64,000 nt of DNA, from positions 9,686-73,685 of the forward strand of contig DATHKX010000205.1 in assembly GCA_035488835.1 (NCBI GenBank), in the 5' to 3' direction. Positions 1 through 9,301 of this stretch are shown here, piece by piece. The first letter of the stretch is position 1. Each line of letters starts with the position of its first letter. This stretch comes from Gemmatimonadales bacterium (GTDB lineage: Bacteria > Gemmatimonadota > Gemmatimonadetes > Gemmatimonadales > GWC2-71-9). The notes beneath the pieces are model-generated. The model saw nothing but the letters and a program-made list of their open reading frames with translations, ran no database searches and was not told where the DNA came from. A program made the translations under genes and the position numbers.

Positions 1-1559
1 TCGTCGTCGGAGCCGGCCCGACCGGGCTGATGCTCGCCAACCAGCTCGCTCGGCGCGGCGTGTGTGCGCGGATCATCGATCGACACGCCGGTCCGGCGCG
101 CGAGTCGAGGGCCCTGGGCGTACAGGCCCGCACCTTGGAGATCTACTCGCACTTGGGCCTTGCCGAGCGGGCGGTCGCGCTCGGCAAACGTGCGGACGGC
201 GCCGTGCTGTGGGCTCAGGGACGTCGGGCGGCGCGCGTGCCGTTGGGTGACATCGGTCGGGATATCAGCCCGTATCCCTATCTGCTGGTCTTGGGGCAAG
301 ACGACAACGAACGGTTGCTGGGCGACGCCCTCCGCAGCCGCGGCCTCGCCGTCGAGTGGGACACCGAGCTGGTCGGCCTCGCGCAGGATACCGATCACGT
401 CACGGCCACGCTCAAACACCCGGACGGCACGGTCGGCCAGGTCACGGTCCCGTGGCTCGCCGGGTGCGACGGCGCACGCAGCACCGTGCGCGAGCTCAGC
501 GGGATCGCGTTCGAGGGTGCGCCCTACCAGCACGTGTTCTTTGTCGCCGACGTGCAGATGACGGGATCGATGGTGCCCGACGTGCTCAACGTGTATCTGT
601 GGCGCAGCGGGTTTCACTTGGTCTTCCCAATGCGCGGGACCGATCATTGGCGGATCGTCGGCATCCTGCCCCCGCACCTGCGCGGGCGGGACGACCTGAC
701 GTTCGAGGAAACCATTCCCTCGTTACGCCACGAAGCGGGGACCGACCTGTCCTTCCAGGCGTGCAACTGGTACTCCACCTACCGCATCCATCACCGGCGC
801 GCGGCCCGGTTTCACGATCGCCGCTGTTTCCTCCTGGGGGACGCGGCGCATATCCACAGTCCGGTGGGGGGGCAAGGCATGAACACCGGTCTGCAGGATG
901 CATACAACCTGGCATGGAAGCTCGCACTCGTCGTGTCCGGACGCGCGGGGGCGGCCCTCCTCGACTCGTACGAGGACGAGCGCCTCCCGGTCGCCAACCA
1001 CCTCCTGAAGCGCACCGACCGGCTGTTTTCGGTCGTGGTCTCGGACAGTGTGCTCGCCGGGCTGCTCCGGACGCGGGTCATGCCGAGGATCATGGGGCTC
1101 GCCCTGCGCATCGCCGGCGTGCAACGGATCTTCTTTCGCACCATCTCACAGACTGGTATTCGCTACCGCACCAGTCCTCTATCGGAGGCACTGGCCGGTT
1201 TGCCCGAGGATGGCCCACGCGCCGGCGATCGTTTCCCGTGGCTGCGGCTCAAGTTCCAGACGAATGGTCCCATTGAGGATCTATTCGCAAAACTCGACGA
1301 TACGCGATTCACTCTGATCCTGATCGGCCAACCGTCGCCTGCGGGTGGGGTGCCGGAACTGGGCGACCTGTTGCGCATCCTCGATGTTCCACGCGACCCT
1401 GCCAACGATCGGGAGCTTGCACGCGTACACATCCCCCGGCCCTCTTTCTATTTGCTGCGTCCCGACGGCCATGTCGGGCTCGCGGGGACTCACCTGGACG
1501 CGGCTGCAGCGACCCGCTACATCGCCGAGCGTCTGCACCTTGGAGGGAACGGCGCGTGA
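1..1559 (+). CDS. FAD-dependent monooxygenase (aromatic-ring hydroxylase-like), 5' end cut by the window edge
   Basis: The frame of ORF 30..1559 stays open to position 3 and reads VVGAGPTGLMLANQL (GxGxxG FAD dinucleotide fold). Also has GCDGARSTVRE (DG motif) and GDAAHIHSPVGGQGMNTGLQDAYNLAWKLA (GD motif), typical of PF01494-type flavin monooxygenases. Confidence 0.85.
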   Translation, partial: VVGAGPTGLMLANQLARRGVCARIIDRHAGPARESRALGVQARTLEIYSHLGLAERAVALGKRADGAVLWAQGRRAARVPLGDIGRDISPYPYLLVLGQDDNERLLGDALRSRGLAVEWDTELVGLAQDTDHVTATLKHPDGTVGQVTVPWLAGCDGARSTVRELSGIAFEGAPYQHVFFVADVQMTGSMVPDVLNVYLWRSGFHLVFPMRGTDHWRIVGILPPHLRGRDDLTFEETIPSLRHEAGTDLSFQACNWYSTYRIHHRRAARFHDRRCFLLGDAAHIHSPVGGQGMNTGLQDAYNLAWKLALVVSGRAGAALLDSYEDERLPVANHLLKRTDRLFSVVVSDSVLAGLLRTRVMPRIMGLALRIAGVQRIFFRTISQTGIRYRTSPLSEALAGLPEDGPRAGDRFPWLRLKFQTNGPIEDLFAKLDDTRFTLILIGQPSPAGGVPELGDLLRILDVPRDPANDRELARVHIPRPSFYLLRPDGHVGLAGTHLDAAAATRYIAERLHLGGNGA

Positions 1560-1592
1560 GCTGCGGAGCAGGTTGACCGAGAGAGGGCGCCT

Positions 1593-2366
1593 GTGAGCCC
1601 GTCGGGACTCATCCAGGCGCTGCGCACTCCGCGCAGTGGTCCCGGCACGACCGGGGGACGGCGCGGCACGACGCTCCCGCCGGACCTGCTGCGCGAAGCG
1701 GGCCGTCGACTCGGCATCCTTGCGCGGCTCATCATTGCCCTGGCCGTCATCAACCTGACGCTCGGCCACACGCTGTTCCCGGCCCTGCTGGTCGCGTGGC
1801 CCTGGGTGTCGGACGTGGTTGTCTCGAGCGTCGCCTTGTTGTCGCTCGGCGTTTTCCTGTACACCCGGCGTCCTAACACCGATCCCGCGTCGTTCGTCAC
1901 ACTCGGCTTGGTCTACGAAGTCGTCGTCGCCGCCGCCGTGGCCGCGACTGCCGCGGACAAGATCATCGGGACGCCGGCATTCATGCCGCCCGAGATGGCC
2001 GCGGGCGATGCGGTGGACGGGCGCGCGGACCTCTACGGTGTGGGTTGTGTGGCGTACTGGCTTCTGACGGGGCGGCTGGTGTTCGATGGCGAGACGGCTT
2101 ACCAGGTGGTGGCGCAGCATCTGAACGCGGCACCGGAGCCGCCGTCCCATCGCAGTCCCCACCCGATCTCTGCGACGCTCGACGAGGTCATCCTCTCCTG
2201 CCTCGAGAAGGACCCCGCGCGGCGGCCGCAGGACGCCCTGGAACTGGCCCGCCGCCTGGCGGAGTGCGATGTCGAGGCGCCGTGGACCGAGGAGCAAGCT
2301 GGGCAGTGGTGGCAGGCGCGCCTTCCCCGCGGCGAAGCTCCCTCACTCTCTAGAGATCGTCGATGA
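1593..2366 (+). CDS. Membrane-anchored remnant of a Hanks-type Ser/Thr kinase (C-lobe only; likely pseudokinase or decayed gene)
   Basis: GTG start. The N-terminal ~125 aa are hydrophobic (LGILARLIIALAVINLTLG, VVSSVALLSLGVFLY, VVVAAAVAATAA). They are followed directly by GTPAFMPPE (the APE segment), DLYGVGCVAYWLLTG and CLEKDPARRP (subdomains IX-XI). No glycine loop, VAIK Lys, HRD or DFG is present. Confidence 0.5.
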   Translation: MSPSGLIQALRTPRSGPGTTGGRRGTTLPPDLLREAGRRLGILARLIIALAVINLTLGHTLFPALLVAWPWVSDVVVSSVALLSLGVFLYTRRPNTDPASFVTLGLVYEVVVAAAVAATAADKIIGTPAFMPPEMAAGDAVDGRADLYGVGCVAYWLLTGRLVFDGETAYQVVAQHLNAAPEPPSHRSPHPISATLDEVILSCLEKDPARRPQDALELARRLAECDVEAPWTEEQAGQWWQARLPRGEAPSLSRDRR

Positions 2367-4292
2367 GACCCTCCGCTCGACTTGCTCCGTCGCCTGTGTC
2401 CACCGCTCGAGCCCGGCATCGAGGTCGCGCTTGAGGATCTCGAGCTGTGCGCCGAGCTTGCGGGCCGTCGCGGCGCCTTCGGGACGCGTGTAGAGCGCCG
2501 GGTCTTCGAGCGCCGTCACCGCGCGCGCGACCTCGGCTTCCAGTGCCGCGACCGCGGCCTCCGCCTCCTCGACCTCGCGCTGCGCGCGACGCAGTTCTTT
2601 GCTCGGATCGCTCTTTGGGGACGGAGCGACCCGCTGGCGCTCGTGCAGCTGCCGCAACGCCTGCTCCTCGGCGGCGCTGACCGCGGCGGCGTGGGCCCGC
2701 TCCGTGCTCACGTCCTCCCACTCCGCGAAACCGCCCGCGAACTCGGTCATGTGCCGCTCGTGCAGGATCCAAATCCGCGTCGTCAGCGCGCGCAGCAAGG
2801 CCCGGTCGTGGCTCACGAGGATCACGGTTCCGTCGTACCCATCGACGGCGTCCTCGAGCGCCTCGATGGATTCGACGTCGAGATGGTTCGTCGGCTCATC
2901 CAGGATGAGCAGGTTGGCGCCCGACAGCATCAGAATCGCCAGCGCGACGCGCGCGCGCTCGCCGCCCGACAGCGAGTCGGCGCGGCGTAGTACCTCCTGG
3001 CCCGAAAACCCGAAGCGGCCGAGGTGCCCCTGGATCTGACCGCGCTCCCATTTCGGGCGCAGCCCGGCGATCACCTCGTAGAGCGTGCCATCGAGCGGCA
3101 CCTGTGAGAGATCCTGCCGGTAATAGCCGGTGGTGATGGACGCGCCGAGCCGGAGCTGGCCGCCCTGAAGCGGATGCTCGCCCAGGAGCGCGCGGAGCAG
3201 GGTGGACTTCCCCGCCCCGTTGCGTCCGATGATCCCCACGACGCCGGTTCGCTCCAGCGTGCCGCTGAATCGCTCCACCAGGGTACGCGCCCCGACCGCC
3301 ACGCTCACGTTCTGTGCGGTCACTACCTGATCGCCGCCCCGTTCGGTCGGCTCGAACCGCAGCGCGATCGTGCCGTCGGGTCCGATGACTGGGCTGAGCC
3401 GCGGCAGCCGCTCGAGCCGTTTGCGTCTGCCCTTAGCCTGCTTGCTGTTCTGTCCGGCGATGTTGCGCGCGATATAGTCCTGCTCGTGCGCGATGGTGCG
3501 TTGCTGCTGTTCGAACGCCCGTTGCTGTGCCAGCCGGCGCTCGGCGCGCTGGGCGACAAAGTCGGTGTAGCCGGCCGAGTACGGCGTGGCGGTGCCGCCT
3601 TCGAGGTGCAGCACGCGATCCACAGCGGCGGACAGGAACGCGCGGTCATGGCTTACGAGCAGCACGGTCCGCTCACTCGCGGCGAGGTATTGCTCGAGCC
3701 ACCGGGTCGTCTCGAGATCCAGGTGATTCGTTGGCTCGTCGAGCAGTAAGACGTGGGCGGTCGACATGAGCTGGCGGGCCAGGCCGAGCCGGCCGAGCTC
3801 GCCGCCGCTCAGCGCAGACAGTGGCGTGACGCGGGCCTGGGCGGGATCGAACTCGAGGCCGTGCAACACCGCGTCGATCCGCGCCGTGATGGCGTAGCCA
3901 CCCTCACGCTCGAAGCGTTCCAAGTCTTCGCCGTACTGGGTCAACGCGCGGGGCGACGAGTCGTGGGCGAGATTGGCAGCCTGTTCCACCAGGGACTGCT
4001 CCAGCGCCAGCAGCTCGGCGAGCTCGCCGGCGGCCGCCTCCCAAACCGTCGTCGCGGTGCCGTAGTCGCGGTGCTGCTCGAGCAGCGACACGCGGAGGCC
4101 GGGCGCGCGCGCGATGCTCCCGCGAGTGGGCTCGAGGTCGCCCGTCAGCAGCCGGAAAAGGGTTGTCTTCCCGGTGCCGTTCCGGCCCACGATGCCCCAG
4201 CGCTCCCCGGGCGCGACCGTGAAGGAGACGTCGGAGAACAGTTTCGTGTCGCCGAAGTCCACGCCGACACTGGCGAAAGCGATCTGAGACAT
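2343..4292 (-). CDS. ABC-F family ATPase (two ABC cassettes, no TMD, C-terminal coiled coil; Uup/EttA-like translation factor class)
   Basis: Two Walker A motifs (GRNGTGKTT, GRNGAGKST) and two ABC signatures (LSGGELGR, LSGGERAR). Walker B motifs LLLDEPTNHLD and LILDEPTNHLD. Charged, Ala/Glu-rich C-terminal tail. Confidence 0.9.
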   Translation of the reverse strand: MSQIAFASVGVDFGDTKLFSDVSFTVAPGERWGIVGRNGTGKTTLFRLLTGDLEPTRGSIARAPGLRVSLLEQHRDYGTATTVWEAAAGELAELLALEQSLVEQAANLAHDSSPRALTQYGEDLERFEREGGYAITARIDAVLHGLEFDPAQARVTPLSALSGGELGRLGLARQLMSTAHVLLLDEPTNHLDLETTRWLEQYLAASERTVLLVSHDRAFLSAAVDRVLHLEGGTATPYSAGYTDFVAQRAERRLAQQRAFEQQQRTIAHEQDYIARNIAGQNSKQAKGRRKRLERLPRLSPVIGPDGTIALRFEPTERGGDQVVTAQNVSVAVGARTLVERFSGTLERTGVVGIIGRNGAGKSTLLRALLGEHPLQGGQLRLGASITTGYYRQDLSQVPLDGTLYEVIAGLRPKWERGQIQGHLGRFGFSGQEVLRRADSLSGGERARVALAILMLSGANLLILDEPTNHLDVESIEALEDAVDGYDGTVILVSHDRALLRALTTRIWILHERHMTEFAGGFAEWEDVSTERAHAAAVSAAEEQALRQLHERQRVAPSPKSDPSKELRRAQREVEEAEAAVAALEAEVARAVTALEDPALYTRPEGAATARKLGAQLEILKRDLDAGLERWTQATEQVERRVSSTISRE

Positions 4293-4319
4293 CCAGCAAT
4301 GTAGCTAGCGGTCGGCACC

Positions 4320-6977
4320 CTACTCTTTGGGTGTCAGCAGCTCCTGGTACGCCGGGTAGTCACGCAGCGACCGGAGCGACGGGTAAAGGTGCATCACCCC
4401 GCCGCGTGGATACCCCTGGGCAAACGCCTCTTGCACCAGCGCGACGGCGGCGTCACGGTCGCCGAGGACGGCGTGGATCCGAGCCCGCCACATCGTGTGC
4501 CTGCCGTAGAGATACCGGGGGCTCATCGCCTGAAGCGTGCGCTCGAACCCCATCGCGTCAGCACGCCTCTCCTGGCGCGCCGCTAGCACTCCCAGAAAAC
4601 CCTGGACGGTCACCCGATCGGGCGAGTCGCCCGTGATGACCGCGATCCACCGCATAGTGGCGTAGTCCGGCACGCCCGCCGCCCGCTCCGACGCGAGACC
4701 CTCGAGCATGCGCCGCGCGTCGTCGACGCGGCCGTTCACGTAGTACGCGAGGGCGAGACGAAACCGGTTGGCCACCGAGCTCACCTCCGCGGGCGGCCGA
4801 CCTTCCAGCCAACGCACGGCCCACCCGCCGGCGGCGGGCGCGTCCGCTTGGTGATCGTGCGCCGCCAGCTCGAGCGCCGCGATCAGGGCGATGTCGGCGG
4901 GGGACCAGCCCGGCTGTGGCGGGAGACTGGGCGCATCGATCAACCGCTCGTTGATCTCGGCGGCCCGCCCCAGGGCGGCGAGCGCCCGGACCTCGGCCGC
5001 GAGCACGGCGAAGTCCGCGGGGTGGCGCCGCCGTCCTTCGCGCGCCTCCTGCAACTCGCGGCGGTGATCACCCACCAGGTGGTAGCCGAAGGTCAGGTAG
5101 AACCAATAGACCGACCAGCCGCGGAACAGGCCGCGATCGGGCCCGAGGGTGGTAAGGGCGGCGATCATTTCCCGCGGGCGATTGAGCGCCAGCGCACACT
5201 GCGCCACCAGCCACAGTACCTCGGAATTCGGCGCGATGGCGGCCATCTCGCGCGCCGTCTCGAGCGCTCGCTGCCGGTCGCCCCGGCTCTGGACGAGCAC
5301 CCACGCGAGGTAGTGCTGGTCGAGTGGAGAAAGGCGGCCGGGAGAGCGCTCCACCGCGTGCGCGATCGAGTCCGCCGTGGCGAATTCCCCCAAGTCCATG
5401 TGCTCGTGCGCTGCGAAGATCAGCGGCAGACGGAAGGTCGGGTCCTCCTGCGCGGCACGCCGGAAGTGGTCGATGGCGCCGCGTGAGTCGAACTGTACCA
5501 TCCGGTCTAGCCCCTGGATGAACTCCTGGTACGCCGCGAAGGTGGGCGGCTGGCCGGCGGCCTTGGCCCACAGGCTCAAGCGCGAGTCGAACAGCGTCGC
5601 GAGCGTGGCCATCACCCGCTGCCGGACGGCTTCCACGGCGACGAGCGGCTGCGAGATCGGTCCCGCCACCGGCTCGAGCGCGCGCAACACCGTGCCGTCC
5701 GTCGCCGCGGAGATTTGGACCTGGAACCGGATGCTGTCCGCCTGGCGATAGTAGGCCCCGGAGACCACCGTGCCCGCGCCCGTCTCGCGCCCCAGGGTCT
5801 GAATCCCGGCGGCGTCGAGATGGCCCGAGCTGTGCCCGCCCGGCGCGACCGACGCGGTCATCACCGACATCGACGACACCACTTCCACCAGGCCCGTCTG
5901 CGCGAGGCCCTGCGTCACCCAATCGGCCGCCATGTGGCCCACGTTGTCGAGCGAAGGGTCCCCAGTGTGGTTCTCGATCACGGCCACGACCACGCGATGC
6001 TGGTTGAGCTGCGATCCGCTACGACGCAGCACGTGAGCCGCGGTGCCGACGCCGAGCAGCGCGACCACAATCCCCAGGGCGAACGCGATTTTGCGTCCCC
6101 GCCGGCCGTCGAAAATGCCTCGCGTCGGCACGCTCGCGCGATAGGCCGGTGCTCCGAGCGCGGCCGCGAACTCGGTCACGGCGGGGAACCGGTCATCGGG
6201 CAGCGGGGCCAGAGCGCGAGAAATCGCGTGCTTGACGGCCCGCGCGACCGCCCCCGGGGCCCCCTGCAGGGCCCGGCTGGTCTCGAGCGCCGCCCAGTTG
6301 TGCACCCGGCGTTCCGTCATGCTCGCCACCGGCGGCTCCCCCGCCAGCATCTCGAACAGCACGCAGCCGAGGCTGTAGATATCGGTCCGTACGTCGAGGT
6401 CGCCGAGCCCCATCGCCTGCTCCGGGCTCATGTAGCCGGGCGAGCCGATCGGCTGGCCGGCCTGGGTGAGCGTCAGACTCCCGGCGGCGCTGATGGCGCG
6501 CGCGATCCCGAAGTCGGCCACGATCGCGTGCACGCCCGACAGCAGGATATTCTCCGGCTTGATGTCGCGGTGGATGATCCCCTGTGCATGGGCGAAGGCG
6601 AGCGCATCGGCGACGTCGCTGGCGATGTGCAGCGCGTCTTCGAGCGGCAGCTTCCGGTCCCGGAGCAGGCGATGCCGCAGCGATTCCCCCTCCACGTACG
6701 GCATGACGTAGTAAAACAACCCCCCCACTTCTCCGGCTGAAAAAATCGGCACGATATGGGGATGGCTGAGGTTCGAGGAGAGGTCCACTTCGCGAATGAA
6801 CCGCTCGCGCAAGAGGCGCGTGGACACTTCCGGGTCGAGCACCTTGATCGCGACCCGCCGGTGGGGATGCTGCTCCACCGCCAGGAACACCCGGGCCATG
6901 CCCCCGGCGCCGATTTCGCGCTCCACGTCGTAGCGGGGCGCCAGGCTCGCGCGCAAGGTCTCGAGCACGTCAACCAT
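4320..6977 (-). CDS. Ser/Thr protein kinase with one TM segment and a large TPR-like extracytoplasmic C-terminal domain
   Basis: GAGGMARVF glycine loop, VAIKVL, HRDIKPENILL, DFGIARA, GSPGYMSPE. Hydrophobic segment IAFALGIVVALLGVGTAA, then ~550 aa of helical repeat-like sequence. Confidence 0.9.
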   Translation of the reverse strand: MVDVLETLRASLAPRYDVEREIGAGGMARVFLAVEQHPHRRVAIKVLDPEVSTRLLRERFIREVDLSSNLSHPHIVPIFSAGEVGGLFYYVMPYVEGESLRHRLLRDRKLPLEDALHIASDVADALAFAHAQGIIHRDIKPENILLSGVHAIVADFGIARAISAAGSLTLTQAGQPIGSPGYMSPEQAMGLGDLDVRTDIYSLGCVLFEMLAGEPPVASMTERRVHNWAALETSRALQGAPGAVARAVKHAISRALAPLPDDRFPAVTEFAAALGAPAYRASVPTRGIFDGRRGRKIAFALGIVVALLGVGTAAHVLRRSGSQLNQHRVVVAVIENHTGDPSLDNVGHMAADWVTQGLAQTGLVEVVSSMSVMTASVAPGGHSSGHLDAAGIQTLGRETGAGTVVSGAYYRQADSIRFQVQISAATDGTVLRALEPVAGPISQPLVAVEAVRQRVMATLATLFDSRLSLWAKAAGQPPTFAAYQEFIQGLDRMVQFDSRGAIDHFRRAAQEDPTFRLPLIFAAHEHMDLGEFATADSIAHAVERSPGRLSPLDQHYLAWVLVQSRGDRQRALETAREMAAIAPNSEVLWLVAQCALALNRPREMIAALTTLGPDRGLFRGWSVYWFYLTFGYHLVGDHRRELQEAREGRRRHPADFAVLAAEVRALAALGRAAEINERLIDAPSLPPQPGWSPADIALIAALELAAHDHQADAPAAGGWAVRWLEGRPPAEVSSVANRFRLALAYYVNGRVDDARRMLEGLASERAAGVPDYATMRWIAVITGDSPDRVTVQGFLGVLAARQERRADAMGFERTLQAMSPRYLYGRHTMWRARIHAVLGDRDAAVALVQEAFAQGYPRGGVMHLYPSLRSLRDYPAYQELLTPKE

Positions 6978-7063
6978 GCGCGCAACTTAGCGGACCCTCG
7001 ACTGTGGGTCGAGCGGCACGACGGGCCCCTGGCCGATTTCGTCCCGCGAGCTAAAATGTCCCC

Positions 7064-8128
7064 GTGGACAGCAGAGGCTTGGCGCGATATTCCCCCTACG
7101 TGCGGCTGGCAGCGTACTACGTGCTGCTCGGCTTCGCGGTGTGGCTGCTGGTCAGGTTCGTGCCCAGCATCCCTCAGCTGTTGGAGCGGTTCCGAGAGGT
7201 CTCCCTCCTCGAAACGGTGGCCAGTCGCAACCGCCTGGTCGAGGAGGCGACGACGGCGGCGGCAAGCCTGTCTCAGGGCCAGTGGGCACTCGTCACCTTC
7301 CTGTCGATGCTCACGGCCCTGGTGCTCGTGCTGCCGGTCTCCTGGGTGTACATGCTGACCAAGCAGCGCTCGGGGTACGACCAGTCGGTGGTGCAGACCG
7401 TGATCATCCTGCCCATGACGGTGGCCGCGACGGTGATTTTGGTGCAGAACAGCCTGGCCCTCGCGTTCACGCTCGCCGCGATCGTCGCCGCGGTGCGGTT
7501 TCGCAATAACCTCAAGGACACGAAGGACGCGGTCTACATCTTCCTCGCGCTCGCGGTCGGCGTCGCCGCCGGCGTCTTCTCGCCCACCGTCGCGGCGGTG
7601 ATGTCCGTGATGTTCAACATCGTCGTGCTTGCCTTGTGGGAGCTCAACGTGGGCAACATCTACGCGGACCAGCGGAACCGGATGCCGGCCCTGCCTCCCG
7701 CTGAGGGGTTGCTGGGTCCGCGCCGACGGGCCTCCGCGGCGCTGGCCGTCGGCGATCCCGACTTGCTCGCGGCGCTCGCGCCCCACGAGCTCGAGGAGGT
7801 GGCGGACCGCGCCGCCCGCCTGCAGGCCTACGTCATGGCCCGCTCGGGCGACAAAAAAGAGGATCGGTTCAACGGCATGCTGCTCGTCCACACGACACAG
7901 CCGGAAGCGGCTCAGCGAGTCGCCGAGGAGCTCCTGCAGCTCCAGGCCCAGCGCTGGCGGCTGGCCGAAATCGTGCCGGCCGAGCAGGGTCGGTCGTCGC
8001 TCGAATACCTCATCCGGCTCCGCGACGAGTTCCTGCCCGCCACCCTCCTCGACGCCCTCAAGGGGCGTGGCAGTCCCCCCATCGACGCCGCCGAGTACCG
8101 TTCGCTTCGCGGCTTGAAGAAACGCTAG
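7064..8128 (+). CDS. DUF4956-like polytopic membrane protein with a soluble C-terminal domain
   Basis: GTG start. Several TM helices and the motif AIVAAVRFRNNLKDTKDAVYIFLALAVGVAAG, which I recognise as the DUF4956 core (xRFR..KD..D..Y.F). This family typically neighbours VTC/CYTH polyphosphate-domain genes. First gene of a tightly packed plus-strand operon. Confidence 0.6.
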   Translation: MDSRGLARYSPYVRLAAYYVLLGFAVWLLVRFVPSIPQLLERFREVSLLETVASRNRLVEEATTAAASLSQGQWALVTFLSMLTALVLVLPVSWVYMLTKQRSGYDQSVVQTVIILPMTVAATVILVQNSLALAFTLAAIVAAVRFRNNLKDTKDAVYIFLALAVGVAAGVFSPTVAAVMSVMFNIVVLALWELNVGNIYADQRNRMPALPPAEGLLGPRRRASAALAVGDPDLLAALAPHELEEVADRAARLQAYVMARSGDKKEDRFNGMLLVHTTQPEAAQRVAEELLQLQAQRWRLAEIVPAEQGRSSLEYLIRLRDEFLPATLLDALKGRGSPPIDAAEYRSLRGLKKR

Positions 8129-8134
8129 GGGACG

Positions 8135-9301
8135 GTGAGGCCTTCGGCGTGGCACCTTGCCGCCCTGGCGACGCTGTGCATCGGGCTGCCGGGATGCGGC
8201 CACGCGAGGGCGGTAAGTGCCGCTCCGGGCGCGGCGCCGCCGGCGCCTCCCGCGGAGATCGACGTTACCCTCTTTCTCATTGGGGACGCGGGCGCGCCGG
8301 CCGCGCCGCCCGACTCGGAGCCGGTGTTCATGGCGCTCCGGGCCGCCGCCACCTCCGCGCGGCACGCGGTCATCGTATTCCTGGGCGATAATGTCTACCC
8401 GAGCGGCATGCCGGACTCGGCGGCGCCCACCCGAGCCGCGGCCGAGCGCAGGCTCATGCAGGCGCTGCACGTCGTACGGGCGAGCGGCGCCCGCGGCTTC
8501 CTCGTGCCCGGCAATCACGACTGGGACAGCATGCAGCCGGGCGGCTGGGACGCGGTCCTGCGCCAGGAGCGGTTCATCGCCGCCGCGGGCGGCGGTCCCG
8601 CACTGCTGCCGGCGGGCGGCTGCCCGGGACCGGCCGTCGTGGACGTCGGAGCGGTCGTGCGGCTCGTGGCGCTCGACAGCCAGTGGTGGCTGCAGGACGG
8701 ACCGAAGCCCGCAGGCCCCACGTCGTCGTGCCCGGCCGCCACCGAGGGCGCCGTGATGGATTCCGTGCGAGCGGCACTGCGAGCAGCCGGCAATCGTGCC
8801 GTGGTCGTGGTGGCCCATCATCCGCCGGCGAGTGGTGGCGTACACGGCGGGCACTTCGGGTGGCAGGATCACATCTTCCCGCTGCGCAACATCAAGTCGT
8901 GGCTCTGGATTCCGCTCCCCATCATCGGCTCGCTGTATCCGATCGCGCGCGCCGAGGGAATCTCCAGCCAGGACATCCCCAGCCGCGCGTACACCCGCAT
9001 GCGCGTGGCACTCGACAGTGCGTTTGCGGGCGCTCCGGCTCCGCCGCTGATCTACGCGGCGGGCCACGAGCACACGCTGCAGGTGATCGCGGGCACGAGC
9101 ACGCGTTACGTGCTCGTGAGCGGCACCGGCACGTTCGGCCACTTCGACCGCGTCACGGCGCTCGACAGCACCCGGTTCGCGCGCAGCGCCAGCGGATTCA
9201 TGCGGGTCGAGTTCCTGCGCGACGGCCGCGCCCGGCTGGGCGTGATGATCGTCGATCGCGCCGGCACCGCGACGGAGGAGTTCGGACTATGGCTCAATTG
9301 A
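8135..9301 (+). CDS. Lipoprotein metallophosphoesterase (calcineurin-like)
   Basis: Signal plus lipobox (LCIGLPGC). Metallophosphoesterase motifs FLIGDAG, FLGDNVY, VPGNHDW, VVVVAHHP and AAGHEHT. Starts 6 nt after the upstream stop. Confidence 0.85.
   Translation: MRPSAWHLAALATLCIGLPGCGHARAVSAAPGAAPPAPPAEIDVTLFLIGDAGAPAAPPDSEPVFMALRAAATSARHAVIVFLGDNVYPSGMPDSAAPTRAAAERRLMQALHVVRASGARGFLVPGNHDWDSMQPGGWDAVLRQERFIAAAGGGPALLPAGGCPGPAVVDVGAVVRLVALDSQWWLQDGPKPAGPTSSCPAATEGAVMDSVRAALRAAGNRAVVVVAHHPPASGGVHGGHFGWQDHIFPLRNIKSWLWIPLPIIGSLYPIARAEGISSQDIPSRAYTRMRVALDSAFAGAPAPPLIYAAGHEHTLQVIAGTSTRYVLVSGTGTFGHFDRVTALDSTRFARSASGFMRVEFLRDGRARLGVMIVDRAGTATEEFGLWLN

Noticed and set aside
7052-7057. TAAAAT as a -10 box implying a leaderless transcript for the DUF4956 gene (GTG at 7064)
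   Set aside because: No convincing -35 element at proper spacing. A single AT-rich hexamer is insufficient evidence, so I noted it but did not list it as a feature.
6473-9142. 889-aa minus-strand ORF spanning the kinase 5' end, the DUF4956 gene and the metallophosphoesterase
   Set aside because: It is antisense to or overlapping three genes that have clear motifs. The translation is Arg/Gly/Pro/His-rich low-complexity sequence, typical of out-of-frame reading in high-GC DNA. No recognisable domain.
8683-9288. N-terminal 202 codons of listed ORF 8683..11868
   Set aside because: They overlap the metallophosphoesterase in another frame and translate to Arg/Gly-rich sequence. An ATG at 9289 gives a proper signal peptide, so I started the gene there.
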